A stretch of 64,000 bases of DNA from Amoebidium appalachense. Lineage: Eukaryota > Protista > Ichthyosporea. The translations under genes were made by a program, and so were the position numbers. A model generated the notes under the pieces. That model was given only the letters and a program-made list of their open reading frames with translations. It had not been told where the DNA came from and searched no databases. Each line of letters begins with the position of its first letter. The first letter of the stretch is position 1. The stretch covers positions 3,419,106 through 3,483,105 of the forward strand of contig CAVNZM010000003.1 in NCBI GenBank assembly GCA_963693365.1, given 5' to 3'. Shown here one piece after another: positions 1 through 13,469 of the stretch.

Positions 1-573
1 TTCAAAAACGATCGTCGCAGGCCCGTGCGCGGGCCCCTCCTTCAGTTTCCCGGGAACGTACACCTTCCCGTTTTCATACCGAACCGTTTCCCAGCTCCCA
101 GCGAGGGGGTTCGTCTCCACGTATGCGCGGAGTGCGTCCCTCCCCCTCGAATACTGCCCATCGGCCATCTCGAGCAAAACGTCGTCGGAGACATGCGCCA
201 TGCACCCAATTGTGTCGTTTGTCAGGCGGTAAGTCATGTACTTCTGCGCCACAGCGACCTGAGCCGCAAACTGCGGGGGGACCGTTTCCTCCGTAAAAGG
301 AAGACTCGCACGCCTACCCCCAGCACCCAGACTCATCGTGTTGACTAGTTTGTCGAAAGAGCGACGCGCGCCGGCGCCGGCGCTCCCGCGAGCTGCGGCG
401 GCGGCGGAGTCAATGCCGGCGCTGAAGTTTGTGGTCAGCTGTGAGATCTTGCCGTGCTGGTCAAAGTTAAACACAATCATGGCTACGGGTGGGCCCCCCT
501 TGACCGTGCCCGGCACAAACACCTGTTACATGGGGGGTGGGGGGTTGGGTGTGTGTGTGTGCATGTGTGTGTG

Positions 574-628
<55 letters not shown>

Positions 629-1173
629 TGCCCTCAAAGGGAGGGGGGAGGGAGAGGGAGCGGTGAGGATCGTTAGATGTGGTGAGAGAAAAGATGAGGA
701 AAAGGAATAGGATGGGAGGAGGAGATGGGGTGGGAAGGGGGAGAAAGAGTGAATGGTTTCGGGTGATGTGTAGGTGTGTGTGTGGTGGTGGTGGGGGGGG
801 GGGGGGGGGGAGGGGGGGAGGGAGGGGGGGGAAGGGGCGAAGGGGGGCATCAGAACAGATGTGAAATAACCATATGTTGTTCGTCCCTGTCTCACTCCCC
901 CTTCCCCCCCCCCCCCCCCCTCTCCTCCCTCTCCCCCCGCGCCTCCCAACACACATACACATACACAAAGAAGGGGGGAAGGAAGGGGGGGGGGGGGGGG
1001 GGGAAGGGGGGAAGCAAGGGAGTGGTGGTTGTGGGGGTGGGGGGAGGGAGGGGGGAGGGGGGGGGGGGGGGGGGGGGGGAAAGGTTAAGGTTAAGTTTTG
1101 ACCAGTCTCCATGCATGTGATTGTCAGTGTTTGAGTATGTGGGTTCGAAACCGTGGGAAAGCAGAGGGTTTGA

Positions 1174-1215
<42 letters not shown>

Positions 1216-1242
1216 TTGTGTGTGTGGGTGTGTGTGTTTGGG

Positions 1243-1284
<42 letters not shown>

Positions 1285-4200
1285 AGGAGGGCTTGAAAGC
1301 ATCACAGAGTACCGTGTACCCATTTACAACGAAAAACACAATGCATCATTTAAAGAGCAGACATCTGTATGCATCATAAGCAGAACCTATTCCTGGGGAG
1401 GGAGGTAGGGGGGGGAGGGGGATAGTGGGTAGAATGTAACAACCACAGTGTGGGTTGAGGGTGTGTGTGTGCGCGTGTGTGTGTGTGGTGGGCGGCAGAA
1501 GGGGGAGGACCAGGTCAAGAGGTACGTAATTGTGATATATAACACGAGCTTAATCCTGTCAACGAGGGCAATGCGTTGTAATGAGCAAATTATGCAGCCA
1601 CGAATTACCGAGGGGGGGGGGGGGAAGGAGGGGCAGGGGGGTGGGTGGGTGGGGGGGGGGGGGAGGGCAAAGGGAGAAAGGGAGAGGGCAGAGGGCAGAG
1701 GGCAGGGGGAAGGGGGGAGATGAACGAGGGGGCCTTCTCAGGAGGTACATTTCACCACAACAAACGAAGGTTTGCAATTACATCTACACGACGTTATTGC
1801 TAATACAGGCCAAGAGTCGTATTCGAAGTCAGGAGAGACCAGACGTTCGGGGCCAAGGAGAGAGAGAGAGAGAGGGAAGAAGGGGAGGGGGGGGGGGGGG
1901 GGGGGGGGGGGGAGGATGAGAACGTGGAGCACGGTACCGAGGCACAACTATACGATGGGAAACATTATGCAACATCAACAATGCATAGAATCCCTACGTA
2001 AGCAGGAGGGGAAGAGGGGGGGGGGGGGGGGGGGGGGGGGGGGAGGGGAGGGGGGCTCTGAAAAGTGGTCACCAAATAACGTCCCTGGGACTTGTGAGTG
2101 GCATGGTTGTGTGTGTCTGTCTAGGGAGCACTGTCATGTGTGACTCCCCAAACACTAACACCAACTGAAACCACATATCTCCCGGTATCGTTTGCAGATT
2201 CTGCCGTTAATAGCTAAGCTAGGCACTTTTCCATGATTGCTTTACATGGTGATATCACCGTATGCCTGTAAAAGGAGATCATCGACATATTAAGAAAACA
2301 ACGATTGTCGATTCCCTCAGTTGACTGGCGTCAACTTGGCATCACGCATCTATGTGCCGACAGAGACCTACAGTAAGTTGAGATTCTGCAGTGTGACATC
2401 ATATTGACTTACGAGTCATTTTGAAACGTTGTCCGATCCGATCACACCAGCCTGAGGCCGGCCGATGTCACCGAGCTCAATGATTGGTTCTTTCCATATA
2501 TGGGGCTATTGCTTTTTTTCTGAATCACCATATAAGGTGTAACCACAAGCAATACCATCACTGTCGCTCGTAATAATCAGACACCACAAAAGAAACAAGT
2601 AAACAGACACGCACATACCTGCCCCTTCTTGCTGTCGTATCTTGCGGTCTCCCAGCTGCCGGCCAGGGGGTATGTGTCCAGGTACGTGCGCAGCGCATCT
2701 GCGCCCTTTGCCGTGGGCCGGTCGGCCGTCTGCAGCAGCACGTCCCCATTGACCAGCGACATGCAGCCCACCGTGTCGTTTCGCAGCCGGTGGTTCATGT
2801 ACTTCTGCGCCACCTCCACCCGGGGCCCCACCTCCTCGGGCACGTTGCTGTCCCCAGCCGGGATGCTTGCACGCCTACCCCCCGAGGACCGCGCACCAGA
2901 CAGGATCTTTTCCAAAGAGCGACGTGCACTATCGCTACCTCGGGCGTTGGATGCGGTGGCGCTGAAGTTTGTGGTCAGCTGTGAGATCTTGCCGTGCTGG
3001 TCAAAGTCAAACACAATCATGGCTACGGGTGGGCCCCCCTTGACCGTGCCCGGCACAAACACCTGTAAAGAGGGAGGGGGGAAGGGTGGGTGGGAGAGGG
3101 GGGGGAGGGAACGGGGACGGGTTAGAACTTGTTATAGAGTACGAAATGAGAGTATCAAGTACACATTCACACCGGACAACGCGATGCAGAATGCAAACCA
3201 AGCACAAAAGAGTATGCATAAATAAGCAGAGCCCATCATCGGGGGGCGGGGGCGGACGCCGGGGGGGGGGGGGGGGGGGGGGGGGGGGTTGCTAACTGAT
3301 ACTCTATCCCCCCCTCCTCCCCCCTCCCCCCCCAACTCATCCCCTCCTCACTCGCCTCTTGCCACGTCCCCCACCACAGAAGGGCCGAAAGACAAAAGAA
3401 CGACACCCCTGGACAGTCACTTTCCTTCCCTCCCCTCCCCTCCGTCACCCCCACCTCCCACACATCTCCCCTCCGGCAACTGCTGATCTAATTCACGAGC
3501 ACCGTTGACCGAATGGGCTCCCCCCCCCCCCCGCCTCCCCCCCCCCCCCCCAAAAAAAAAAAAAAAAAAAAAAAACCACTGACAAAGCCCCCAACACCAA
3601 ACAGTCAATCGACCCAGTAACCTTAAAACGGCTCTGCCAAAATGCTCACACAAACCATTGACCGCTTCACAGAACCTAATCATGTACCAACCCCACCACC
3701 ATCCTGATGCAAACACCCACCGTGTGTATGTCTGTTTGTTGTTTGTGTGTGTGTGTATGTACCTCAGACAAAGCATGTCGGCTTCATAGGGCTCGCGGTT
3801 AAGGGAAAAAGGCATTGAACAACGTGCAAGAGCTATTAAAGTATAGAAACACAATGTCGTCTCCGTTGGGCTACAAAAACAACCAAAAGCCGTTCTTATA
3901 CGTCATACTAAGGACATAACACACACATCTATCTAGCCCTTCAACGCAATCTTCCATTCCCCATACTGAACAAAACGACGCACGCAGGCTACCCCCCCAC
4001 CCGCCCATCCCCTCCCTCCCTCCCCCCTTTCCCAGATACGCACCTGCCCCTTCTTACTGTCGTATCTTGCGGTCTCCCAGCTGCCGGCCAGGGGGTATGT
4101 GTCCAGGTACGTGCGCAGCGCATCTGCGCCCTTTGTCGTGGGCCCGTCGGCCGTCTGCAGCAGCACGTCCCCATTGACCAGCGACATGCAGCCCACCGTG

Positions 4201-4706
4201 TCGTTTCGCAGCCGGTGGTTCATGTACTTCTGCGCCACCTCCACCCGAGACGCCACTTCGGCAGGAACATTAGATGCTCCCTGAGGCATCACCGGTTTGT
4301 CCCCCGAGCTTCTACTTAAGGTACCCATCAGCTTGTTAAGGGAGCTGCGTGCCCCAGCGCTTCCGCGCGCGCCGGAGCTTGTCGCCGGGTCAGGTGAGCT
4401 GAAATTCGTCGTCAATTGGAGGATTTTCCCGTATTGGTCAAAATCGAAAATGATGGTGGCAACATTAGGGCACCCCTTAACCTTTCCGGGCACCACCACC
4501 TGTCCTCTTTCAAAGCGGGCTGCCTCCCAGCTGCCTGCAAGTGGTGTGTCCGTAAGATATGCGCGCAGCGCGTCGGCGCCCTTTGCCATGGGCCCATCGC
4601 CGGTTACGAGTAAAACATCACCTGACACTAGTGACATACACCCAACAACGTCATTCTGAAGGCGGAACTTCATGTACTTTTGCGCCGTTTCTACGTTTTG
4701 CGCCAT
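1..4706 (-). CDS. Protein with >=4 tandem ~100-aa NTF2/SnoaL-like repeats; 3' end lies outside the window
   Basis: Exons 4706-4044, 3062-2619 and 522-<1, with GT-AG phase-0 introns and an open frame to base 1. Repeat unit approx. VEVAQKYMxxRLxNDxVGCMSLVxGDVLLxTADGPxAKGADALRxYLxTxPLAGSWETARY..GQVxVPGxVKGxPxVAxIxFDFDQxGKIxQLTTNFS. The fold call is inferred from the 'Y...ND...DV....G..ALR.Y....GKI' pattern. Confidence 0.8.
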
Positions 4707-6298
4707 ATTGAAAGGCAGACCCAAACGAGGGTTCAGGGTTGCCGGCACACGGTGTGTTATTGTGTTAGTGAGTTTTTTCTTCACTATGAGTCACTCTGCG
4801 GGGAAGGAACGCAGCCCCTCGGTATATAAAAAGATTGAAGGAGAAAAAAGTGTACCAACTTTTGTCCGACAACAACTGAAAAAAAGCCAGTGCGTGCGCA
4901 CGCGAATTTATAGGTTGAGTTGTGAGCCAGGGTCTGGGGAGACTATTCGTTTGAGTAATAGTAACCTATTTCGGCTATTTTGAAAGTGTTTAGATTGGCT
5001 AAAATGAAGTGCGTAAAAATGGAGGGAACCACTATAAACGCCTGACTAAACCATTTCGTTGATGTAGGTTTAAAATAGCTATAGGATCAAGCAAGCTTCA
5101 AAAGCCAACGGAAGAGAAAAGAGAAATTCCGATCGTTAGATTTGCAGGTTGGTGGTTACCTAAAGTGTGACTCCCTCCCTCAGTAAACAAACAAAACGGT
5201 CAGGCCCTACTTGATTGGCTACAGCCCAAATTCACCAAATATAGAAGATTATTCCAACCAATGAAATTGTTTTGCGCCAAATATTCGTGTGTCCTGTTCT
5301 GAGTGGCTTACGCGGTCATGGTCTGACAAGAGGTGGGCAAAAGGTGAGCCACTCGAACGCGGCGCCATCCAGGCCAGAACTGAGCACATGGAAAGAGGAG
5401 TATAGAAAACAAGCATAGATATTGTAGACAAACCGCATACGTACACGTGTAACCTAATATTATTTCTACAAAATGAAGCTTTTATTTTTAGAGCCTGGCT
5501 GCCTCTGGCGGTGTCACTTGGTGGGCCATGGCCCACGGTTCACTTCGGAATCAAATACCCCACCCAGGAACCCCCCAACGGGCACTTATCAGTCCTGTGA
5601 GCCGGAATGGCAGAAAGTAGCACAAAGTACTGTGATTCAACCGCCAGACGTTGGTTCAGAAAAATAATAGATTATGCAAACACTTCGTAAAACGTTTGTG
5701 GGATTTTTTATATTTTATGTTCTATGGCGATAGTGGCAATGCAGTTCTATTCATTCATTAATTTTTGTTTTCCAAAATTCGTAATTCATCCACGGTTCTC
5801 GTCCCCCCGCAAAAGTGAGTAACGTGATCCCGTAAGGGCCCTAACTGCTTGCCGTGGGGCCGCCATCAGTGCGGCCATCCGATGTCGTTCCTTTGTATAA
5901 TCAATGGGAGCCTGTAAAAATTCCTACGACTATAATATGGATCATATGCACAAATGTTGCATTTTTGTTTGCTTCACTGCTGTTTATGACATAGTGTTTT
6001 ATACTATTACATTGCCACAACATCAGATACAGTAAGATCTTGACTGGAACGCGCCTTTACAAAGTAATTAAGATCGTCCAATCACCGACAGGAATAAACA
6101 GACACTCCAGATGTTGTTCAATCATCTTCCCGAATCATAAATTTTCTGCACGTTACCGCAACTAAATAAACAGGCATCAAGCCACGCCACGGGTGCTCAT
6201 TCCCATACTGAAGCTTGCCAAAAACACCGTTTCTCACCGCTCCCCTCCCAAAAACTTACATAAACCCCTAGAACAACCACTAACCAAAACACTCAAAA

Positions 6299-6824
6299 AT
6301 GGCTTCTATCATCATTTTTTTCTCTCTCCCTCGCCTCCCTTTCTCTGGCGTCGCCCACGTCGCGCGCAGGGTTCACCTGTCCTGCAGGGGTTAACTGGGA
6401 AACGAAAACGGATTTCAACGCGTACGCAGACCCCTTCGACCCGTACTCCTACTACCTCTGCGGGCCCGGGGGTGCCGTCCACTACAACTGCCCCTCCGAC
6501 ACGATTTTCGACGCAGAGCTTCACCTTTGCGACTGGGACGTGAAACATACCGATACCCTTCACCCCATGGCCACGGCGCCGGCAGCCACTTCCACTAGTA
6601 GTGCAAACGGTGAGGGTAATGGACCGACAAGTTGCCCGGCCTGCCCCGCGGACTGGGAGAAGAGGGAGTACAACACGTACAGGGTGGAGGGGAACTGTGC
6701 GGCGTATTGCATCTGCGGGCCGGACGGCGCGTCGCAGTTCACGTGCCCGAAGGGGACGTTGTTTAGTGATGTTGTGCACTTCTGCGATTGGGAGACAAAT
6801 GTGATTTGCCCCAACAAGGCGTAG
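6299..6824 (+). CDS. Secreted protein with two chitin-binding type-2 (peritrophin-A/CBM14-like) domains
   Basis: The ATG at 6299 gives signal peptide MASIIIFSLSLASLSLA if one T is removed from the T-run at ~6315-6321. Domain 1 is FTCPAG...PFDPYSYYLCGPGGAVHYNCPSDTIFDAELHLCDW. A Thr/Ala/Ser linker follows. Domain 2 is NCAAYCICGPDGASQFTCPKGTLFSDVVHFCDWETNVICP. Stop TAG 6822-6824. Confidence 0.85.
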
Positions 6825-7515
6825 AAGCAGTGAAAGGAAAACGGTCACAAAGTATCGAGAGTGTTTTCACAGGTTTTCTATTCCTAAATCTTCGTTTATT
6901 TTTCTTTAATATTCTTCCCTCGTTCAAACCCGTTTTGCTAGAAGAACTCCCAGAGGCATGTGCTTGCGCCAGTGTGAGCGAGCTGTATATGGGGGGGGGG
7001 GGCGAGGGGGGGAGAATTGCTAGTGATATGTATGCTACCAGCATAACTTAATGATAATGTGTGTAGTGAATTTCGGTATATGGCATATGATTGTAGGTGG
7101 TAGTATACAGAAGTGATAATACATGTTGAATCCGTTCTTGGTATGAAATACGAATGTCAGTTTCTCCCAAATAACCACGTGGAATACTTTACCTTCTTAG
7201 CAACTAAAAAACTGTGTTAAAAATTATGATGACTCGGGGACTAAAGTCATTATGTAAATATGTTGTTAGTTGATCAATTTTGAAGCCGTTGCGTGAAATG
7301 AATAAACTAAAAAGCTTTGCCAAAGTCGACTCACACATTTACTTTTGCCCCCCCCCCCCCCCCCCCCCCCCTCCCCTCCCCCCCCCCTCCCCCCCTCCCC
7401 CCCCTCCCCTCTCCCCCCAAAAGGCCACCACCACCACCACCACCACCACCATCACACACATACACCGTAACACACACGCACCCACACACACCCCACACAC
7501 ATACACACACCCAAA

Positions 7516-7605
<90 letters not shown>

Positions 7606-7865
7606 TGACACACAAACATTACCAACACTTTCCCACCCTCCACTACCCTTACCCTCCCAGTGACACTGGCCACCATATCCTCACAGGCGCAGAAATTCAC
7701 GTGGTGGTGTACGCGCGCGCGCACACACACTTCCATACTCGTCCTCCCCCCCCCCCCCCCCCCCCCCCCCCCTCCCCCGGCCGCCGCCCCGCCCCTGCCA
7801 CACACACACAAACAAAACAAACAAAAATACCCCCTCCCCTTCCGCCCAACACACATACACACACA

Positions 7866-7896
<31 letters not shown>

Positions 7897-8223
7897 CACA
7901 CACCACCACCACCAACACAACCACGGGGGAAAAACAAACAAAAACATACACACACATGTAGACACACACACGCACACGCACTCACAGTCTCCCTTTTGCC
8001 CAAGGACGACGTCTTTGGAGGCTAAGAGACCTTTACCACATGTTCCTTTTGTATCCCTCCCCCCCCCCCCCTCCTCAACCATCCCCCCCCTCTCCCCGTG
8101 GGCCACGCATTCTATAGAAAGAGTTCTTCTCCTCGGAAATCAACGGTACCCTCCAAAGATGATTCCTGTCTTCAACTGTCTGTGGGTGTCTCCTCCCCCC
8201 CCCCCCCCCCTCCCTCCCTTCTT

Positions 8224-8257
<34 letters not shown>

Positions 8258-8945
8258 AAAAAGGAGAAAAACCCCTACTCGTGTCCCATCCCTCCCCCCC
8301 CTCCCCCCCCCCCCCCTCTCCCCTCCTCCAACAGACACACCCATGTCGACTCCCAACACACACCGACACACAATCACTGTTCAGGGGCCTTACACCTAAA
8401 CACTGAAACGACGTGTCAAGTTTCCGAAATCGTGCTCCAACGTTAACCGTGGGGCACAACTATTATACTCAACTTGAGCAAGCACGAATTAATATACATT
8501 CCGGTCGATTTGCACTTATATGGCATGTACTTCTACCACACAGCCGAGGCCACCATGTTTGTACATGATTGATATCCAATGGGAGCCCAGTTTCAAAACC
8601 TAATCACAATGACCCTTTTGGGTCACACAACTTAGCAACACAACTGCCACAAACAGCCATCTGTATATACGCGATTGATAGTCAATGCGAGCACGTTATC
8701 AGTGCTTAATCACAGCACAGCACACCCTATGTTTATACTATTTTTACTAAACAATCGAACTAGTCTATAAAATTACAAGGGTAGGCAACAAGGAAGAGGG
8801 GGAGGGGGGGGGGGGGGGGGGGGAGGGGGAGGGGGGGGGAAGGGGGGGGGGGGGGGGGTAACAGCTAACTGATGCGCCCAACACCACAACAACACCACAC
8901 ACTATGTACACCTCCCAATCCAATCGAAACGGCCAACAAATAGCC

Positions 8946-9527
8946 TTATTTGTTCAACACCTGTGGGCTCAGCCTATCAACGTCAGGGATTCCGCAGGTC
9001 AGGTCCGTCTCCACACCCACCTCGTTCGTGCCCCATCTGATATTAAAGAAACCATGGTGTCCCCACAGTTTATTCCAGCACAGTTTATTCCAGCTATTCA
9101 TAGCAATCCAATAGGGAACGCCGTTCTCCTCTACCCACCCCATTAGCACCGTCGTGTGTCCTCCGGTGTAATTTGCGCGGGGTGTTTTACCTTAAATACC
9201 GGATTTTTAAAGGGAAAAATCCGTGAAAACGCCGAAAAGCGCGGTAGCAGGCCCGTTGGTGAGAATCTCGTACATTGTGCTCACCCAATCATACGGCTTG
9301 ATTCGGTACACCTTCTTCCCGAACGTTCTGTCGTTTTCCGCGCTGACGGGGTGCCACGTGTTTGCGCACGTGTTTTGGCACGTAAGATTCATGGGCTTCT
9401 CGTGGCTTCCTTTCCCGTGGAGGTATTGGGGGAAAGGGTAGGGTTGACAGCCAATGCCTGTGTTGTAGTTGTCCCCGGATAAGATGCCGTGCTTCTTCCT
9501 GTGTGTGTGTGTGCGTGTGTGTGTGTG

Positions 9528-9567
<40 letters not shown>

Positions 9568-9644
9568 GGGGGAGGAGGAGGGGAGGGAGGGGCGATGCAT
9601 GTTTATGGTGTGTGGTGTGGGTGTGTGGGTGTGTGTGTATGTGT

Positions 9645-9689
<45 letters not shown>

Positions 9690-9786
9690 CGACGGCAGGG
9701 GCGGGGGGGGAGGGGAGGGATGCATGTGTGTGTGGTGTGAGTGCCTATCTGCCTGTCTGTCTGTGTGCGAGTGTGTGTTGTGTGCA

Positions 9787-9821
<35 letters not shown>

Positions 9822-10322
9822 GTGTGTATACGTTTGTACGTGTGTGTGCATGTGTTAGTGGAAGGCAGGGAGGAAGGGGGGTGGGGCGGGGGGGGGGGGG
9901 GGGGGGGGGGGGGGAGGGGGTGGGGGGAGGGGGGGAAGGGGGATTGATTTGGAGACAATGTGCAGTACTTGGGAGGATGGAAAAAGAGAAAGGGCCGAGT
10001 GTTGGTGTGTACCTATGAAGAGCTCGAAGGGAGGGGAGGGGGGAAGGGGGGGAGAGGGAGGGAGAGAGGGGGGGAGCAGAGGGGAGGGGGGGGGGGGGGG
10101 GGGGGGGGGGGAGGGTGAGGGATGCTCCTGAAAGCTGGTGTCGTGGCTTCCCAGTTGCTTGTAAACATTGCATGACAATAACAAATCTAACCCCACCCAT
10201 CCCCACCCAACCTCATGCAGTCTCTCACTCAAATCCTTTTTTCTCCACTTGTTCTCTCGAACCCCTGTCTTTAATACTCAGTCATCTCAACAACACAGCT
10301 TTCCATTCACACAACGTAAGCG

Positions 10323-10367
<45 letters not shown>

Positions 10368-10511
10368 CCCCCCCCTCTCCCCCCTCCTCTTCCTCCCCGT
10401 TCTTACCATGACCAAATAAAAATTTTGAGGTTAGGTAAAACATGCAAGGTGAATAAGCCGGTTACGTACAAGTCCACACACAATAAAACGAGAACAAGAA
10501 TTATAGCGGCT

Positions 10512-10553
<42 letters not shown>

Positions 10554-10692
10554 CAGGTCTCCCGCCCTTCCCTCCCCCTTTCCCCCCTCTTTCTCCTGTG
10601 TTTCCCCTTCCGCGCGCGCGAACACACACACACACACACACACACACTGCATCTCCACCTTTCCCACCGTTGAACTTCAACAACATTATTTA

Positions 10693-10724
<32 letters not shown>

Positions 10725-10939
10725 CTTTCTTTCCCTGACACTTCTCTACTCACCCTCATCCCTGCCCTCCCCTCCCCCCAATATCGACATCTAGGCTCGA
10801 CATCTTCCTCCCCACTTATTCCTATTTTCGACGCATCCAACCCCCCCCCCCCCCTTCTCCCCCTCTCAAAAAAAAAAAAAAAAAAAAAAAAAGGGAAAGA
10901 AAGAAAGAAAGGAACCTTGATTTCTACACATCCCAAACA

Positions 10940-10977
<38 letters not shown>

Positions 10978-11121
10978 ACAAGAAGAAGAAGAAGAAGAAG
11001 AAGAAGAAGAAGAAGAAGAAAAAGTATAACTAGACAAAAATGAACAAGGAATCCAAACCAAAAAAAAAGGCCCTGGCAGTACTTGAATTCTGCCCAGGAA
11101 CCCCTTTCTTACCAACAGTCC

Positions 11122-11169
<48 letters not shown>

Positions 11170-11263
11170 AAAAACACCCTTCCCGGGCCACACATGCACC
11201 CACAACAAAAAGAAAAGAAAAGGAAAAGGCATCCGTGGCAGATAACCAGGAAAAAGACCTCCC

Positions 11264-11302
<39 letters not shown>

Positions 11303-12025
11303 CCCCCCCCCCCCCCCCCCTCCCCCGAGGAAAAAAAAAAAAAAAAAAAAAAGAAAGAAAGAAAGAATGAATGAATGAATGAATGAATGAATGAATGAAT
11401 GAAAGGAAAAGAAAAGAAGAAAATGCCTGACACTAATCTCTACGTGCCTCGAGTAAAGAGTGTAAACCCCTCGATATTATCCCCTTCCTCGTCCTTTTTC
11501 ATCTTTTCGTTTGACCAGCGTCATCAATGCATAAAGACAAGACTGAAAGGGAAAGAAAGACAGGACACGTTTATGGCAAAAAAAAAAAGAAAGAAAAAGA
11601 AAAAGAAAAGAGAAAAAACAATGCACCAGTACTTCTAGGTCTGACCAGGGGACCCTTCCTCGCACGGCCCCAAGGCACAGTCCTTGCAGCAGGTCATGAC
11701 GCTGGAGGCAGAAAGTAGGGACTGGTACTTTCCCTGGGTGTGGATGCACAGGCGGTGGCTCATTGCTGACGTGGCTCCAAAGACCCAACACGAGGAGCAG
11801 AGGCCCTGGTCACGAACCTCGTGCACTGTCTGTGTGTGTGTGTGTGTGTGTGTATGTGTGTAACGTGTGAAGGGGGAGGGGGGGAGGGGGGGGAGGGGTG
11901 GGGTGTGTGTGTGTGGGGGGGGGGGGGGGGGGGGGGGGGGAAAGGGGGGCGGGGGGGAGGGGGGAGGGGGGGGGGGGAGGGCTGGGGGGAGGGTTTGTGT
12001 GTTTGGGGGAACGGGAGGCGAGGGC

Positions 12026-12094
<69 letters not shown>

Positions 12095-12347
12095 GCGTGC
12101 GTGTGTGCGTGCGTGCGTACGTGCGTGCGTGTGTGCGCGCGCATGAGTCAGAGGTAAATGGGCAAAGAGGTGGCGGGATAGTATTTTTGCCATGCGCACA
12201 AATGTGCTGCTTGCAGGCAAAGATGCAGAATACAACTGAAAGATGTCAAACGAGCAACTGCCGAATAAGAGCCCCTTTGGAAACAAGAGCATATCAGGGA
12301 AAGAAAAAAGGAAGAAGATAAAAAAGGAAACAAAGGCAAAATCCTGT

Positions 12348-12382
<35 letters not shown>

Positions 12383-12833
12383 CGCCGTGGAGGGGGAGGG
12401 GCAAAGAAACAGAGGGAAAAGCTCACCTGGCAGTCATAGTACTTCTCACGCACGTCATACTCTTTGGGTAGGTCCTTGAGCGTCACGTTGTGCGTTACGT
12501 AAGGCATGTCCTCATCGTTGTCATTTGAACCCATCCCCGGTGGGCCGGTCACCGTGAGCGGCTTGGAGTTGGGCATGACCACACGCTGGAAATCGCTCTT
12601 TGTCCACCGATAGAAGGGCCAACGGGGATCATCGTGGTTAGCGGCCTCCCAGTACGGTTGGGAGGTTTGGATGGAAACGATAAGTGAAGGTGTGAGGAGA
12701 GGAGAGGAGGAGGAAGAGGAGGGGGGAGATGGAAGGTGGGGAGGGATCTGGAGAGGAGCTAGAACGGAAGAGGTGGAGGGGGGGGGGCGCTGGCTAGCTC
12801 GCTTGTGGCGGCGAGATAAAGTAACACGTTCAT
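8946..12833 (-). pseudogene. Cathepsin B-like papain-family (C1A) cysteine protease, disrupted
   Basis: Exon ~12833-12427 holds the propeptide and LPKEYDVREKY, with a frameshift near the G-run at 12778-12787. Exon 11829-11627 holds VRDQGLCSSCW. Exon 9498-8946 holds GCQPYPF, EILTNGP, GGH, GVPYWIAMNSW and WGHHGFF. Splice phases are compatible. In-frame stops: TAG 11635-11637, TAA 9207-9209 and TAA 9192-9194. Confidence 0.85.
11365..11580. repeat. Dispersed ~215-bp intronic repeat, copy 1, with a (GAAT)n/(GAAA)n/A-run end
   Basis: Near-identical to 20497-20708 with only a few substitutions; lies in cathepsin intron 2. Confidence 0.85.
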
Positions 12834-12987
12834 TGTTACGTTTTTTGGTTTAATTAGGTGGTGTGAGTAAATGTGAATAGTAGCGTGTGTAATAAGGACG
12901 GGGGTAACTGATAGTTGTCAGGCTGTTGGACACTCAGCGACTTATGAGTCTGTGTGTTCTCCGGTGAAACAAGCTAAACAGCGCCTG

Positions 12988-13371
12988 TAGTGAGCCGCTT
13001 CGCGTTAATCTAAATGTCGGTTACACCCTCTAAATATCGAGATTGTTAAATTTACGTATAAAATGTTTGCAATCTGATCAATCTGTTAAAAGTTTAAAGT
13101 TTGAATAAAATCTAGATTGATTTCGATCCTCTTCCAGATGGGCGAATCTGGAAGGGAGGGGGGGTCTTCCAGATGTCTAGGATGAGACGATTGGTCCTTA
13201 CTCGCCAAAATAACTCTTATCCAAAAGAATTTCGATCTACGATTTAGATTGTTCATTTTCTAAACTGCTCTACGCGAATCGAGCAGACTTTTAGAAATTT
13301 AGAGAACGGCATCAAATTCTCTAAATTCGCCGAGTATTTAGATATTTAGATCAACGCGAAGCGACTCATTG
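12988..13371. mobile_element. MITE-like element with ~30-bp imperfect terminal inverted repeats
   Basis: Left end tagtgagccgcttcgcgttaatctaaatgtc; reverse complement of right end caatgagtcgcttcgcgttgatctaaatatc. Non-coding AT-rich interior; no clear TSD. Confidence 0.65.
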
Positions 13372-13469
13372 TTTCATATTTTTTTTTGAATCAATGAAAA
13401 AATGTGATGATAAGCCAGTAGTTGATGATGAATCACAATTTCTTAAACACGAAGATCTAAACGCATGAC

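Noticed and set aside
6361-6369. Splice acceptor gcgcag before the chitin-binding domains
   Set aside because: A single-base homopolymer correction gives a good signal peptide from ATG 6299, which is simpler than an unseen upstream exon.
9192-9209. Genome-wide reassignment of TAA to Tyr
   Set aside because: The same gene ends in TAA and uses TAC/TAT elsewhere, the intact ZMYND19 and amylase genes have no in-frame stops, and the gene carries other lesions.
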